A stretch of DNA of 63,941 nucleotides, the filler included, from Octopus bimaculoides (taxonomy: Eukaryota), in assembly GCF_001194135.2 (NCBI RefSeq). It is 6 parts of 6 records of this genome, joined end to end, with 100 filler letters (N's around TTAATTAATTAA, not from the genome) between each part and the next. Parts side by side here need not be neighbours in the genome. Positions count along the whole stretch, not along the records: positions 1 to 22,179 come from NC_069002.1; positions 22,280 to 35,712 come from NC_068981.1; 4 more parts are not named here. The stretch is one strand, 5' to 3'. Of this stretch, positions 21,896 through 35,027 are shown piece after piece. A program made the translations under genes and the position numbers. The notes below the pieces were generated by a model, which saw only the letters and a program-made list of their open reading frames with translations, did not search any database and was not told the DNA's origin. Each line of letters opens with the position of its first letter. Within the stretch, counting starts at the first letter, position 1.

Positions 21896-22050
21896 ATAAC
21901 GTTGTCCACTAAAGTGGACATTTAATGTGCTAGAAATAGACCACATGTTGTGTCTACTAAGACCTAAATTGTTCTCAAAACGGTCTTAGTAGACACAAGA
22001 TGTGGTCTATTTCTAGCACATTAAATGTCCACTTTAGTGGTCAACGTTAT
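21896..22050. repeat. Near-perfect hairpin element (~69-bp arms, 17-nt loop) next to (TA)n
   Basis: ataacgttgtccactaaagtggacatttaatgtgctagaaatagaccaca..gtctactaagacc / ggtcttagtagac..tgtggtctatttctagcacattaaatgtccactttagtggtcaacgttat. Confidence 0.9.
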
Positions 22051-22586
22051 ATATAAAAATATACTTTAATCCCCTGAGATCGCAGATATTGTTTCTGAAT
22101 CTCTTTGATTCTTTAAATGTGCTAGCTTCCTGGTAATAAATCGATATTAATTAATATATGATTTTTTACCCTATGTTTTNNNNNNNNNNNNNNNNNNNNN
22201 NNNNNNNNNNNNNNNNNNNNNNNTTAATTAATTAANNNNNNNNNNNNNNNNNNNNNNNNNNNNNNNNNNNNNNNNNNNNGTGGTTAGGGTATTCGGCTCA
22301 CGACAATAAGGTCGTGAGTTCAATTCCCGGCGACGCGTTTTGTCCTTGAGCAAGACTTTACTCCAGTTCACTCAGCTGGCAAAAATGGATAAAGATGTCT
22401 TATGCTCTACGTTCAGCTGGGTCAAGAATGGGAGGACCGGGACTTTGCCTCGGTCTGCTCGTGGCTGTATAGGCTCCGAAAACAGTTTGCATGGTACAAG
22501 GTACCATGTCACACTCGCTGGTGAGTGTCAGGTATTCAAGACGATGCACACTCACATATATACATGTGTGTGTGTGTGTGTGTTCA

Positions 22587-22804
22587 CACAAGGGGTGCTG
22601 AAAAGTTCTTAGCTTTAGATAAAAGAAAATACAGGAGGATCAGTCCATCATGATTTTATTCAACATATTCCCCTACGAGATTCGCTCACTTATTGCAACA
22701 GTCCTTCAGTTTTTCTAAACCCTGTAAAAGAACTGGGAAGGCTGGGCTTCCAAGCAGGCCTTTCGCGATACCCTAAAAACCAGGAACTTTTCAGCACCCC
22801 TTCG
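22587..22804 (-). mobile_element. Mariner-derived non-autonomous element (TIR ggggtgctgaaaagttcctg)
   Basis: TIRs at both ends; reverse-complement homolog at 30163-30380. Confidence 0.8.
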
Positions 22805-25244
22805 TAAGTAACATACAATAATGTGAATAATCAACAACACATCGAATGTATGAATGTATATATGTGTGTATGTATGCATGTATGCAGATTCTTTTGTGGC
22901 AAATGTATATACTGTTTAGAGAGCGAGATTGGCCTTGTACAAGGCTTTTCCTAACTTTAAAATGCTTCAGGCGCAAGTATCGCTTGATATCTAATAATGT
23001 GTACCAGCGTGGATGGTAACTCTCAGAATATCTGTTGCAAGAGGCACCTTTCTCGTCTACATCTTTAACTGTGAATCAGAGTGTAGTTCCCTAGTAAGAC
23101 TGAAAAGCCGCATCCATGCTGTCTTAAGAGAACAATCAAGCGATGACCTTGCCCTAAACTGAGTTGCAGCCATCATTTATGTATGTATGTATGTATGTAT
23201 GTATGTATGTATGTATGTATGGGGAAGACAGACAGGTATGAGAGTCATAGTGAAAGATGAAGAGAGAGAGAATATAAAAGTATCGCCTTGAGTAGGGAAA
23301 AGAGTGAGAGAGCGAGAAAACGAAGATACACAATCTACCGCTCCATAGATTCACATCCTACCATCTCCATGAGTTTTCGAGACCTTGGCTAAATGCATAG
23401 TTTCACACGTAATTCAACTTGAATTTAATCATTTCCCCTATCAAATCCAATATAATCCCCAACCATTACTAACGTCCGATGCAATAGTCGTGTGAAGCTT
23501 CAGAATCTGACCTTGTGTCTTTCGTTAATAAATAGTCATTAAAAAGCCGGAAATCAAGCAACTGTGGACTTGAAAGTGTTAACTTTAAAAATAGTTTTCT
23601 TTATTATACTAGCCAACTTCAATAACTACTCTCTTGCTTAATATGTAGTTCAATAAAACCAGCACTCCTATAATAGCTTTTGGCTTACGGAGACTCTTTC
23701 AGTGAATCCCCATTAATTAGATATTTGCCTTCTAGTTAATAAGAAAGAAATCCATCCAAAAAAAATACAAGATATAAAATGACAACATGATATGATTATT
23801 ATTTGATTTTTTAAAGTTTTTTTTTAATCATCAGAGAAACAAAACTCGGAATTCCCAAACTAAACATCACATCAAGCAATTGCTAATATTCAATTTTATT
23901 ATACAGCTAATATTTGACTAAGGAGGTTATTGATCACATTTTAATTGTCGATGTCAATCTCTCATTTAATGGCTCGAATCAAAGACGGAGAAAAAGGAAA
24001 GAAAAAAGACAGAAAAGATGAGAAAAAGAAAAGAGGAGGATATTTAATGAAATTAAAATGGTGACTTCAAAACGAAAATTAGAAAGACGAATATTTAGTT
24101 TTCTTTCTCGGCGTTTTGAGTTCAAATCTCATGCAATCGATTGCATAGTTCAATCGTTTGCGATCAATGGTGAAAAGAAAATTAATATTGAAATAAAAGT
24201 GTTGATTTTAATTTTAGAAATAACAAAAAACGAATGTGAGAACAGTAAAACTTGACGCAGATATGTAAGACATTTATATCGCCGCCAATATGGCATATAA
24301 TTGAAATTAGAGTATGTTTTACTTCTCTTCCTCTTTCTTGTTCTTCTTCCTTCATCTCATCTTCTTATCACTCCTCCTTTGCCTTCTTATCTTCCTCCTC
24401 CTTTTCCTTCACCTTCTTTTTCTCATTCTTTTTCCTCTTCTTCGGAAATGAGGAAAATGGAAAGGGTGACAGGAAGAAAATAGGCTGTGGGATAAGTACC
24501 TCGAGGCAAAAATAAAATTAAGAGAAAATAAATGAGCAGAAAATCCTTGTCATATCTATGAAATATTTGGTTGTTAGACAAAAATAGATTTTTTTTATCT
24601 CCATTTGAGGATTATCATTGCCATACTTTTTGTTTTTTGCTACATTTTACTTTTTTTTTGTTAAATTTTGTTGCTAGCCAAGTTTCAATTAAAATACATA
24701 AACCGATCCTCAACGGATGATAGACATGGCTTCCGGTCCTATTGAATGTTTAAATATTTCTGATCAATTAGGACTTTTTCAGCATCACCATTCGCAGCAG
24801 TACCAGCAATGTCATCATCATCACCATCGTCTTTGTCTCCATCGTTGTCATCATCCTCATCTTCATCACTACATTCCTCTTTTTCGTCTCCTCCTCCTAA
24901 TCAATCTTCATTGTAACAATATACTGGTGTGCGTATGTAACGATGAGCTGGTGTGCATAAAAAGCATAGATATATTAATATGTGTGATAATTTTGGGTGT
25001 GTAAACTTAAATACATTACTGTGCAGATATAACAATATATGCGCATATATATGGGTGTGTATATTTTACAGAAAGAGTGTCTAAACTTACATTCTTGAAA
25101 GAATACACACACACACACATGTCAGTCTTGCGTTTTGATCATTTAAGTCTTCCTGTGTTTAAAGCTTGATACTTTTCTATCGGTACTGAACTGGTAAGTT
25201 ATGCGATGTAAACAAACCGGCACCGGTCGTCAAGCGATGGCGGG

Positions 25245-25306
<62 letters not shown>

Positions 25307-25328
25307 TTAAGGTTAGCACAAGGCATGA

Positions 25329-25885
25329 GGATGCGGAAACAGCATCGACCTGTTTAGAAATAGGAGCTAAATTCCTAATTCAACCGGCGAAAGGCACCAA
25401 ATTACAGAAAACAACAGTAGGCGAGAAAACGGATAAAGAATTAAGACATTAAAAAAAAGCATACCTTTAAAGAATATGTCATTCAGATACTCACATACCA
25501 TGGTTTGGGGTTGTGGCCCGAGGGCCTCAACCTTCTTCAGTATGAGTCACCGGTAAAATTCTAAATCAGTCACGTTATAAATCTGCCTGTATTATGGCTT
25601 GTTTTGCGCCAAGCCGGTCCACATGGTGCAAATATATATAAGCAAAAACATTCGAGTGTTTACACTCGAAGTAAAATGTTAATATCATCTGCGCTGAATA
25701 TTTTTAAATGATAATATTTTTAAAAGATAATAATGGCATATTTTTTAAAGGTATGCTTTTTTAATGTCTTAATTCTTTACCCGTTACCTCGCCTCCTGCT
25801 GTTTTTCTGTTATTTGGTGCCTTTCGGTGGTTGAATTAGATATTTAGCTTCTATTTCTAAACAGGTCGATGCATTTTCCGTATCC
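25329..25885. mobile_element. Foldback element with ~150-bp inverted arms
   Basis: gcatcgacctgtttagaaataggagctaaa..gaattaagacattaaaaaaaagcatacctttaaa vs tttaaaggtatgcttttttaatgtcttaattc..tttagcttctatttctaaacaggtcgatgc. Confidence 0.8.
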
Positions 25886-26622
25886 CCATATATATATAAC
25901 GAGCTTTCAGTTTGTGCCAAATCTACTCACAAGGCTTTGGTTAAACCGGGGCTATAGTAGAAATGATTTGCCAAAGTGCCACGCAATGAGATTGAGCCCA
26001 AGATCTCAGTCGAGAAGCCTTCTCAAACGAACAGCCATTCCTATGCCTATAATTATTGGCGAAAACAAACCAGCACATTTAATTGGCTGGTCTGAAAGGC
26101 AGACCAGTCAACACAATATGAAAATACTGTTTGTAAACCAGAATAGCAAACTAGAACGGAAGATAGTGAATAGCAAATCGTTAAAAGTAAGAACAGCAGG
26201 AAAAAAGACAAACATCGAAACTAAGATGTATTTAAGTGTAATAATAGAAGATAATCATTGAGATATTGTTGAAATGTAAAATCCATTTAAACGTAATATT
26301 AAACGAAAGTCAGTGAGATATTGTTGAAATTCAATTAAAATAAATCGTGATAAAAACTTCAAATATAAATACGTCAAATGAAGTTCTTCCGTTGATAGGA
26401 AAACACGGCATGTCTAAAACCAATATGAAAACACGGGAAGACTTTAACGATTAAAATACAAGATTGATTCAAAGTGTCTATGTATATATGTATGTAGGCT
26501 TTATTTATATGATACACACACACACGCGCACACATATATATATATATACATACATATATAGTGAGCAAGAAATATGTCCAAGCGTGCTCCTTCTTCTTGA
26601 GTCCATTTTCTTCAATTACATA

Positions 26623-26686
<64 letters not shown>

Positions 26687-26950
26687 NNNNNNNNNNNNNN
26701 NNNNNNNNNNNNNNNNNNNNNNNNNNNNNNNNNNNNNNNNNNNNNNNNNNNNNNNNNNNNNNNNNNNNNNNNNNNNNNNNNNNNNNNNNNNNNNNNNNNN
26801 NNNNNNNNNNNNNNNNNNNNNNNNNNNNNNNNNNNNNNNNNNNNNNNNNNNNNNNNNNNNNNNNNNNNNNNNNNNNNNNNNNNNNNNNNNNNNNNNNNNN
26901 NNNNNNNNNNNNNNNNNNNNNNNNNNNNNNNNNNNNNNNNNNNNNNNNNN

Positions 26951-28178
26951 AACAGATATATTTACAAAAATTATATAAAAATATCTTGAAATACTAAAGA
27001 GTAAATTTATTCAATAAGATTGCCATTGGCTTCAACCATGGCCTCCAGACGACTACGGAATCTCCTGCAACTTTTCTCGACGGTCTCTTTGTTTAAGTTG
27101 GTCAATGCTGCTATAATCCTTACCGTCAGTTCATCTTTGGTGTTACAAGGAGTTTTCCTGGCTTCTGGCTCAACTACGCCCCACACATAATAATCAAGGG
27201 AGTTGCAGTCTGGGGAATTAGATGGCGAGATGTTAGGGGTGATGTGATCGCAGAAATTGTCTGACAGCCATGTCTAGGTACTCCTGCTGGTGTGGCATGG
27301 TTCGGAGTTCTGTTACTAGACATAGGGTCTTCCAGCAGCCATCCTCTCCACCCAGGGCAGCACTACCTCCTCCAGGCATTTGATGTAGCCCTCTGTGTTG
27401 AGTGTGAGGCCCTGTGGGAAGATGAAGGGAGGCATAATGTTGCTATCACTAGTAATCACTCCAAAGACAACGCTGTTGACTGGATGTTTGATTTTTATCA
27501 CTCTCGGTACATGTTTTAGGCACACGGCAAGCCAACGGTTGTTTTGTGTGTTCACCATCTGATCCTAGCAGACATTTTTTTCGTTTGAGAGAAATGGAAG
27601 CATGTTTGATCGGAGGGGATGCTTGAGGTTTTTCAAAAGTTTCGTATCGCGGTCTTTCCTCTTGTCCTTGATTGATTGAGATAAAAATTGGCCCTTTCTC
27701 ATCTTGTATGAGGAATACCGAATGTCTTCATGCACTACCTGCCTGATAAGAAACTCAGATACTGCCATGTCACTGGCGATGGACCTGTTTGACTTGGTGG
27801 GATCGTTGTCAACCATGGCCAGTATCTCACCAACAAATACAGGAGTTCTTTCCTTAGAACGATCAGAGTGAGCTTTCCGAACTGCCGTACCTTCATAATC
27901 ACCATTAGACTCCTCCAACCCTTTCCGAATCCTCGGCGTTGTGCTCAGAATTACACCCAAACACTGAAATGTTCGTATTGGAGCTTCCGGTGCGAATGAT
28001 AAGCAGTACAGTATGTCGTTTCCAAATTTCTGACAGAGTGAATTGCGTCATGGTGCTGTTTTTCACACAGACGGTGCCCAACTGACTCTGCTATACTGTG
28101 TAGTTGACAAAATCAAAAACAATGAGCATGCGCGAAATTTCAAATATAAAACGGCGATAATTTACCCATCGCACCTTG
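26951..28178 (-). mobile_element. Tc1/mariner superfamily DD37D (maT-type) transposon, transposase pseudogene
   Basis: HTH-like ..SNRSIASDMAVSEFLIRQVVHEDIRY.SYKMRKGQFL; KHP..VVFG.ITSD..MPPFIF..GL.LN..YIKCLE.VVLPW; **QNSEPCHTS..SPDCNSLDYYVWG with 37 residues between the second (D>N) and third catalytic positions; TIR caaggtgcgatgggtaaatt ending at 28178 beside (TA)n. Confidence 0.88.
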
Positions 28179-28218
28179 TATATATATATATATACAAGAT
28201 TTACTGGGTAGAATATGA

Positions 28219-28318
28219 GAAATCCGGGCTACATATGTTTCATAACGAGTGGAATCTCAGAAGTGGTAAAATCCAAGCGAGGTGTATACCGCCGGCTACT
28301 CTTCAGACGAAGGATATC
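28219..28318 (-). ncRNA. Type I hammerhead-ribozyme-like motif with enlarged stem II, probably from a Penelope-like terminal repeat
   Basis: Minus strand: gatatcc ttc gt CTGAAGA gtagc..gttat GAAA CATATG TA gc cc ggatttc. Complete core, palindromic stem III, stem I with an internal loop. Confidence 0.55.
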
Positions 28319-30162
28319 TTGATGAGATTAAAGGCTACATTGTCGCAAGGAGGTACATGTTGGCACAAAGAAATTTCAATCAGAATGTGTGGAGGGCACA
28401 TTATGTGAGGGGTATATAAATGGGGAGAGAAGTAGATAATAGAAGGGAAGAAACAAGAAAAATAAAAATTAATTAATTAATTAAATAAAATGTAGGGGAG
28501 TGAGAGAAAGGAGGAATTGGACGGGTCGGTATTAGGTAATATAGTAGTTTTAGCTTAATCACAGAATTCAAAAGTGGGATTGGCATTTGAAGAAATGAGA
28601 AATTAGAGGGGAGAGTGTGGGGAAATATTTTTGGTCGTGGGGAAAAAAGAAAGTATGTATAAATGAAGCAAGGTAGGTTTGGGAGTTTAAACACGGTTAG
28701 TAGTTTTATGGTCAAAGGTGTAAATTGGTACAATAGAAAAAGAACCAATGAAGTGGTAATGGTGTAGGTAGCCGTATGCATTTGTACATTTACGAGTGGA
28801 AGAGGTAGGAGGGAGAGTGAGTAGAAATATAAAGAGAGAAGAATATTTAAGGTAGCACGTAAAATACGGATAGAAAATTGTAATTGACAATTAAGGAATA
28901 AAAGGGGGAGAAGAAATATTGTTGATTTAATACGCAGTGGTAGAAAAGGTGGATGAGTGGGAAAAATAATATATGAGAGTTATGGGGAGGCAAGAGCTGG
29001 GTGGGGTTGTAATTATTTATATTTCTAGAATAGATTTAGTATCCGATGTTTTCAGATGAATATTATACTGCTGCGTTCATTGAGACATTCCGTGGATTGC
29101 AAAATAGCCATGACATCGGCTATGCAGAGCTCACACTTATTACCATATCCGTTATATATATATACACATCCATGCACAAGGTATAAGTCAACTCTTGACC
29201 AAAGTAAAAAACACCCAAATTACTGTGAAACCTCTTAACCATACAACCTGCGATAGATAAGTTACATGAGAAAAAACGAACGTACACTGCAATAACTATT
29301 CACTCAAGAAGTGCTTAGTTAGCCAAAACTTACGCTTAACTTAAGAAATTTATTCATGAATCTGGATAAAGTAGTAGAATGCATCTCCCGTATTTCTAAA
29401 GCAAAGGGATCTGCAAATGTCAAGGGCAAAACAGATTCCTACAAACCAAAGAAATGATTTTCAGATCAACACCAGCACAAAGCTAAGAGCTGAAAAAAAG
29501 TATCAAATCTAAATCTATCATCGCATATTAGTTCTTTAAAATTGTAGCTGCTGTACAGCGTGAATTGCGAAAGTTATAGTGATGTCGGTTGAAGGCGATG
29601 TTTGAAAGAGTGGAATATAGTATTAGTATTTAGTCCTACTCTCTTCACTTCCGATTTCAAAATTCCGGTATATCAAATTTTGTTCTTCATGTCTTTGTGG
29701 CCGATACAACTGAAATTCATGAGAATTTTAGTTGAAATTTAACTGAAAGTTTCGATCGTAATAAAAGATTCTGTAGATTGTCAGAACTTCTTAACAATTT
29801 CTACCACTACTTCTTCATTTCATTTACTTTAAAAGAAAAATCAAAAGGCTTATCTATGGTGTTGTAACTTCTAGCATTTGACAAGCCATTCAAGCAAATG
29901 AATGGTTGTTTATTCGTACCTTCTACATTATATTATCCATAGTCAGCTGAATGGCGATGAACCAGTTAGCTGCTTCACAGCGCTTTAGCTATGCATGTTT
30001 GTTATGCTGCAAGAGTTCATTCATCATTTTTTACGGTGCATTATTTGTCAATGCATTGCAGGAAAAAAACGCTTCACGATTTTTAGTCATGACCATTTAC
30101 ATTCAGAGCTCAAACTTTACCGTGGTCAAATTGGTCTTCCAACATTTCTGACGAATAAATTA

Positions 30163-30380
30163 CGATAGGGTGCTGTAAAGTTCCTGACTTAAAGGGTATC
30201 ACGAAAGGCCTGTTTAGAGGCCCAACCTTCCGAGTTCTTTCACAGGGCCTAGAAAAACTGAAGGACTGCTTCAATAAGTGTGAATCTGAGCGGGAAATAT
30301 GTTAAACAAAATCATAATTAACTGATTCTCCTGTATTTTTTTTTTTTATCCAAAGCCAGGAAATTTTCAGCACTCCCTCT
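30163..30380 (+). mobile_element. Mariner-derived non-autonomous element
   Basis: TA|cgatagggtgctgtaaagttcctga...aagccaggaaattttcagcactccc; the interior resembles a mariner transposase C-terminus (GLEKLKDCFNKC..GKYV). Confidence 0.75.
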
Positions 30381-30507
30381 TAAAGTACCGATTAAGTATA
30401 AGAGTCAGTGTAATGGAATACCCACCTTGTGCTTATAGTAGAAATATTTCATACAAATATATTAAATTGTGTTCGTGTATAGAGAGCAAGCAATATTTAC
30501 AATATTT

Positions 30508-31015
30508 GAAGGCGGCGAGTTGGCAGAAACGTTAGCACGCCGGGCGAAATGCTTAGCGGTATTTCGTCTGTGTTTATGTTCTGAGTTCAAATTCCGCCGA
30601 GGTCGACTTTGCCTTTCATCCTTCCGGGGTCGATAAATTAAGTACCAGCTACGCACTGGGGTCGATGTAATCGACTTAATCCTTTTGTCTGTCCTTGTTT
30701 GTCCCCTCTATGTTTAGCCCCTTGTGGGCAATAAAGAAATAAGAAACGTTAGCACGCCGGGCGAAATGCTTAGCGATATTTCGTCTGTATTTACTTTCTG
30801 AGTTCAAATTCCGCCGAGGTCGACTTTGCCTTTCATCCTTTCGGGGTCGATAAATTAAGTACCAGTTGCGTACTGGGGTCGATCTAATCGACTGGCCCTC
30901 TCCCCCAAAATTTCGGGCCTCGTACCTAGAATAGAAAAGAATAATTTTTATTAAAGGCGGTGAGCTGGCAGAAACGTTAGCACGCCGGGTGAAATACTTA
31001 GAGTAGAAAAGAATA
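30508..31015 (+). mobile_element. Head-to-tail array of three SINE family X units
   Basis: tRNA-like head ggcggcgagttggcagaaacgttag..gagttcaaattcc and central gactttgcctttcatcctt.cggggtcgataaattaagtaccag; units at 30508-30745, 30742-30940 and 30955-31015. Confidence 0.85.
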
Positions 31016-34000
31016 TTTGTATTCGATAATTTAGTCCTTTTTGGAAATGTCCATACCTTGGATGAGTTTTGTTGACTGACTGGCAGTTGCTTAGTTTTAC
31101 TGCAGTGACAGTTCTTACATTTTGAAATTTTCTTTATAACTGTTATATTTTGAAATCAGAGGTGAGTGATTCGCTCCCTTACTCACAATATATCGGACAC
31201 AAGTTGTTTGTCGTTAACCAGCTGGAAAAGAAGTTCTCCTGGGGTTAAAATGTATAACATAGGTCTGTATAGAAGAGCCATTTTGTAGTGGCAAAAAATA
31301 TTACTGTCTAGTATTATTACTACTTATATCTCGTTGGAGATTTTAGAACTAACTACTTTGCTCGTTACGAGATCAGTGACTGTCAGCCGCTTTTCTGTTT
31401 ATATATTGTGAGTAAGGACGAATGACTGCCATGTCTAGTAGGTACCTAGGACGGGTAAAGTACCTAGGACGGGTAAAGACCCAGAAACCATGGTCTACTA
31501 GTCTTTTCAAGCTGGAGAGAAGTGGTTCGCTCCCTTACTCACAATATATCAGACACAGGTTATGTGTCTGGGGTTAAAATGTAGTAATATAGTTCTGTAT
31601 AGAACAGCTTTGTTATAGTGGTAAAACATATTACACTTTTGAAGAATTGCTTTCGGCTTTCTATTTTATTCTTAAAATCAGATATAATAATCGTGAAGTC
31701 TCCTAAGAAAACTAGATGTTTTAAGTTACGTCGATTCAAAACATCAAACTGAAATGTTTTATGTGCATTTTTTTAATGATAAGAAGCTCTTAGACTAAAA
31801 GGACTTATGACTTACTAGAAGCTCGACAGAGAAACGATGCGGGTGACACGTCGAAAGATCCTGAAAGATTTTGTAAGTGCTGCATTAACTGCCTAAATAT
31901 AATAGACATACATGTAAATAAACAGAATGTAGGACTGAAAACGTAAATAATCTCAGTAAGAGTAGCTGCACTGGAACAAATAAAATATTTAATAGACAAC
32001 TAGATGTGATGTTAGTCTTTCACAGACTTCACCGTTCACCGGATACAAATAATTGCATTGTTAAGCATAGCACATATTAAATAAGGCATTAATTTTATAC
32101 TAAAATCATATTTACCTATAGAAACGCACATAAAAACGACACTGAAGGTAATACGAGTATAAGTAACCCTATATTTTGCATTTGATGTGCACAGAAGTTA
32201 GGCCTTGGGATATGGTAATTCGGTGCAACAGTATCTTAGTTGATATTTTAGGCAATGTACAGATATAAATTCGGCCTATGACATTTTAATAGCCAGTAAC
32301 ATGGTTGAGTCGGAATTTTTTCTCTGCGTATATATTTTCTTAGCTATTAAAAGTAGAGGTTTTTAATTTTTTTAATGCATTGCGACTTATAATATACACT
32401 ATCAACAAAGAACAGAAGTCTAAAATATATACTCAAACGTAGGATAGCAACTATATTTAGCGAAACAAATTTGAAACAAATGACAATAGCAAATCCTCTC
32501 TGTAAAATTAAGGGAAAATGTCAGATAAAGCACTAAAATTTAAACAACAGAAAAGCAAGAAAATTCCAATAAAATATAAATTTCTGCCTTAAATAGTGGA
32601 TTAAAATGATATAGTATTGCAGAAAACGTTTATATAAAAATTAATCTTTTGAAAATAATCCCATAAAATTCTTTAGTTACCGTAATGTTTTATGCAACAA
32701 AACAGAAATAGATAGGATGCCCCGTAAGTTAAGAAAACTATAAAAGGTTTTAAATATTATTTAATAAAAAATAAATAAATACAAATAGTGATTGATACGG
32801 AAATGAAAACATAACTACAAAAACCATAAAGCTATTTCATCAAAAATTACTGAACATTCATTTGAGATTACTAAGAAAATCTCCAATGATTAGAAAACCT
32901 GTCAGCTTAATATTAGCATTCAGACATTTTGATGGGTGCCATCTCATAATTTACTATCAGGTCACATTAGGTTTTAAAACCGTTTTTGTACGTTTCTTCA
33001 TTTTTTTTTCCTTGTCTTTTTCCTAAATAACACGAATCTTATTTCTAGAAGAACTACAATGTTCTTCGGGAAAATACCAACAGATTGCCATTCAAGCTAC
33101 AAAATTAATCTTTAAAAGAGCTATCTGTGCATCATACTTAATGTATATGCATCATTGACAAGCACGATACTGATGTTTCCGTCCGAGATAAAAAAAAAAA
33201 TTTTTAAAACGTCTCTTATAGACGTGTTGTGTTAAAAGCACAATATATATCGGAGTGGATACACGTCGTTAACAAAACCCAAGAAGGCTGAGATGCAAGC
33301 CGCTAATGGGACGAATTTTCGTCTCCCTCCGATATATTGCGTTTTTAATGAAGTATATCTATAAGACAGTTTATATCAGACGAAAACTGTTGTATCTTAC
33401 CTGCCAACGGTGTACATACACAAAGTGTGGTTATTTCAATTTAATGCTCCGTCAATAGCGTGCCCGAATCTTTCAAATATTGTCCAATAAAATTAGGTAA
33501 CGTCCAATAAAATTAGATAATATTTTTTAGTGAAGAAAAATATGTTTAAGTCCCATTTAACAAATACTAAACAAGTGGATAATATGAAAGTTAAGAAAGC
33601 GGTAAATGGTGTTGATTACAAGATGTCTTTAGATTAAACCCGCACGATTAGCTTATCGAATTACTGGTCCTTCACATATTTGGTAACATTATGGAAAATA
33701 TCTAAAACACTTTGTAATATGCCACAGTAGCTCCGACCATCCTTAGCTCTTCTCAGATAAACTTTAACTATATTCCAATCTTTGACCCAGGTGAAAAACA
33801 CAAACTAAACGGAGTAGGGAGAGGTAAATTATTTATCATACAACAGTAGAACATCACCATTTACACAATGAAAGGAAAATTTACAACTCATGTAATATAT
33901 TTGTCATGTGACACATACGTTGCTTATCTTATCAAACATTATTTAGTAACAGAATATCACATAATCTATACTTGAAGAAATAACAACGTTGGAAAACTTA

Positions 34001-34149
34001 TTCTTGGGCATCCAATTTAAGGTATATAATCATCCATCAATGACATCCATTATTCCTGGAAGGGTCGTGGAGGTAGAGTCCCCAGGCGCTTCCTCTATTG
34101 GGTCCTCTCAGAAACAACTTAGTTTATTGACTCGGAAGTCAATAAACTT

Positions 34150-34470
34150 CCCTGCTGGATTCTTAAGCGTGACCAACTAAGACTATGGATATTATGCACC
34201 CATTTCGCTCATGGACTATCCCTAGGTCTCCTACCAGTCAGCATCATTTGAAAAATCCATATTGCAATCCTTTCCTATGACATTCTAATCACTGCGGAGA
34301 ATTAGCGGCTCGACCTGGAGAGATTATCTGGTCTTCGAGTTACGTACCCTGTCGAGTAACGTTATTCCGGTGATCCTTAGGAGGAATCGCATCTCAGAAG
34401 TTTGTATTTGCAATCGTACTCTTTCAGTGATTACCCAACATTCATGACCATGAAGAAGTTATATTTTCAG
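34150..34470 (-). mobile_element. RTE-clade LINE fragment (post-RT region)
   Basis: Minus-strand translation HGHECWVITERVRLQIQTSEMRFLLRITGITLLDRVRNSKTR*SLQVEPLILR..GRRPRG. Confidence 0.8.
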
Positions 34471-34985
34471 CATTCCTATTTATCTCCATGTGACTGAGAA
34501 AATTATAATACAAAGATCTTATGCAACTTTTGTATACGGACGGATGATTACTTAGTACTCAAGAAACTTGACATCATTTTCCATGACAATATGGCAGTAA
34601 TCTGTTTATGATTGATTTAACAATTCTGAGTGACTACAATACCATGCAGAAGTGAGCTGATAAGTAGAATTGAATTAGTGAATAGAAAACATTAGAACAT
34701 GTATGAAATGGGATCATTGACCCATTTCTAATTAGTATAATCAGTATAGTATACAATCACTTCTGCAAAGACAGTAACGTATAAGAATAGACATTTTCAT
34801 AGAAGTGTAAGCATAGATATAATCATTCTAAAGAAAATAAAACTACTTTAGTATGTTAATATTAGGCTATACTCACGAAGCATTTGTTCGCAATGAATAT
34901 TTGGAAGCGTATATTTAGATATGTAACAACAGATATTTATAGATACGCAATGAGTTTGCATAGAGGATTTGCACACACGCACGCA

Positions 34986-35027
<42 letters not shown>

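Noticed and set aside
22180-22279. TTAATTAATTAA islands inside N runs (also 35713-35812, 40092-40191, 51218-51317, 62797-62896)
   Set aside because: Each is exactly 44 N + 12 nt + 44 N = 100 bp, and the 12-mer gives stops in all six frames. This is an artificial scaffolding linker, not a biological motif. Adjacency across these joins is unverified.
33640-33800. Short open frame on the minus strand (FTWVKDWNIVKVYLRRAKDGRSYCG..)
   Set aside because: No recognisable homology, convincing splice pair or neighbouring exons.
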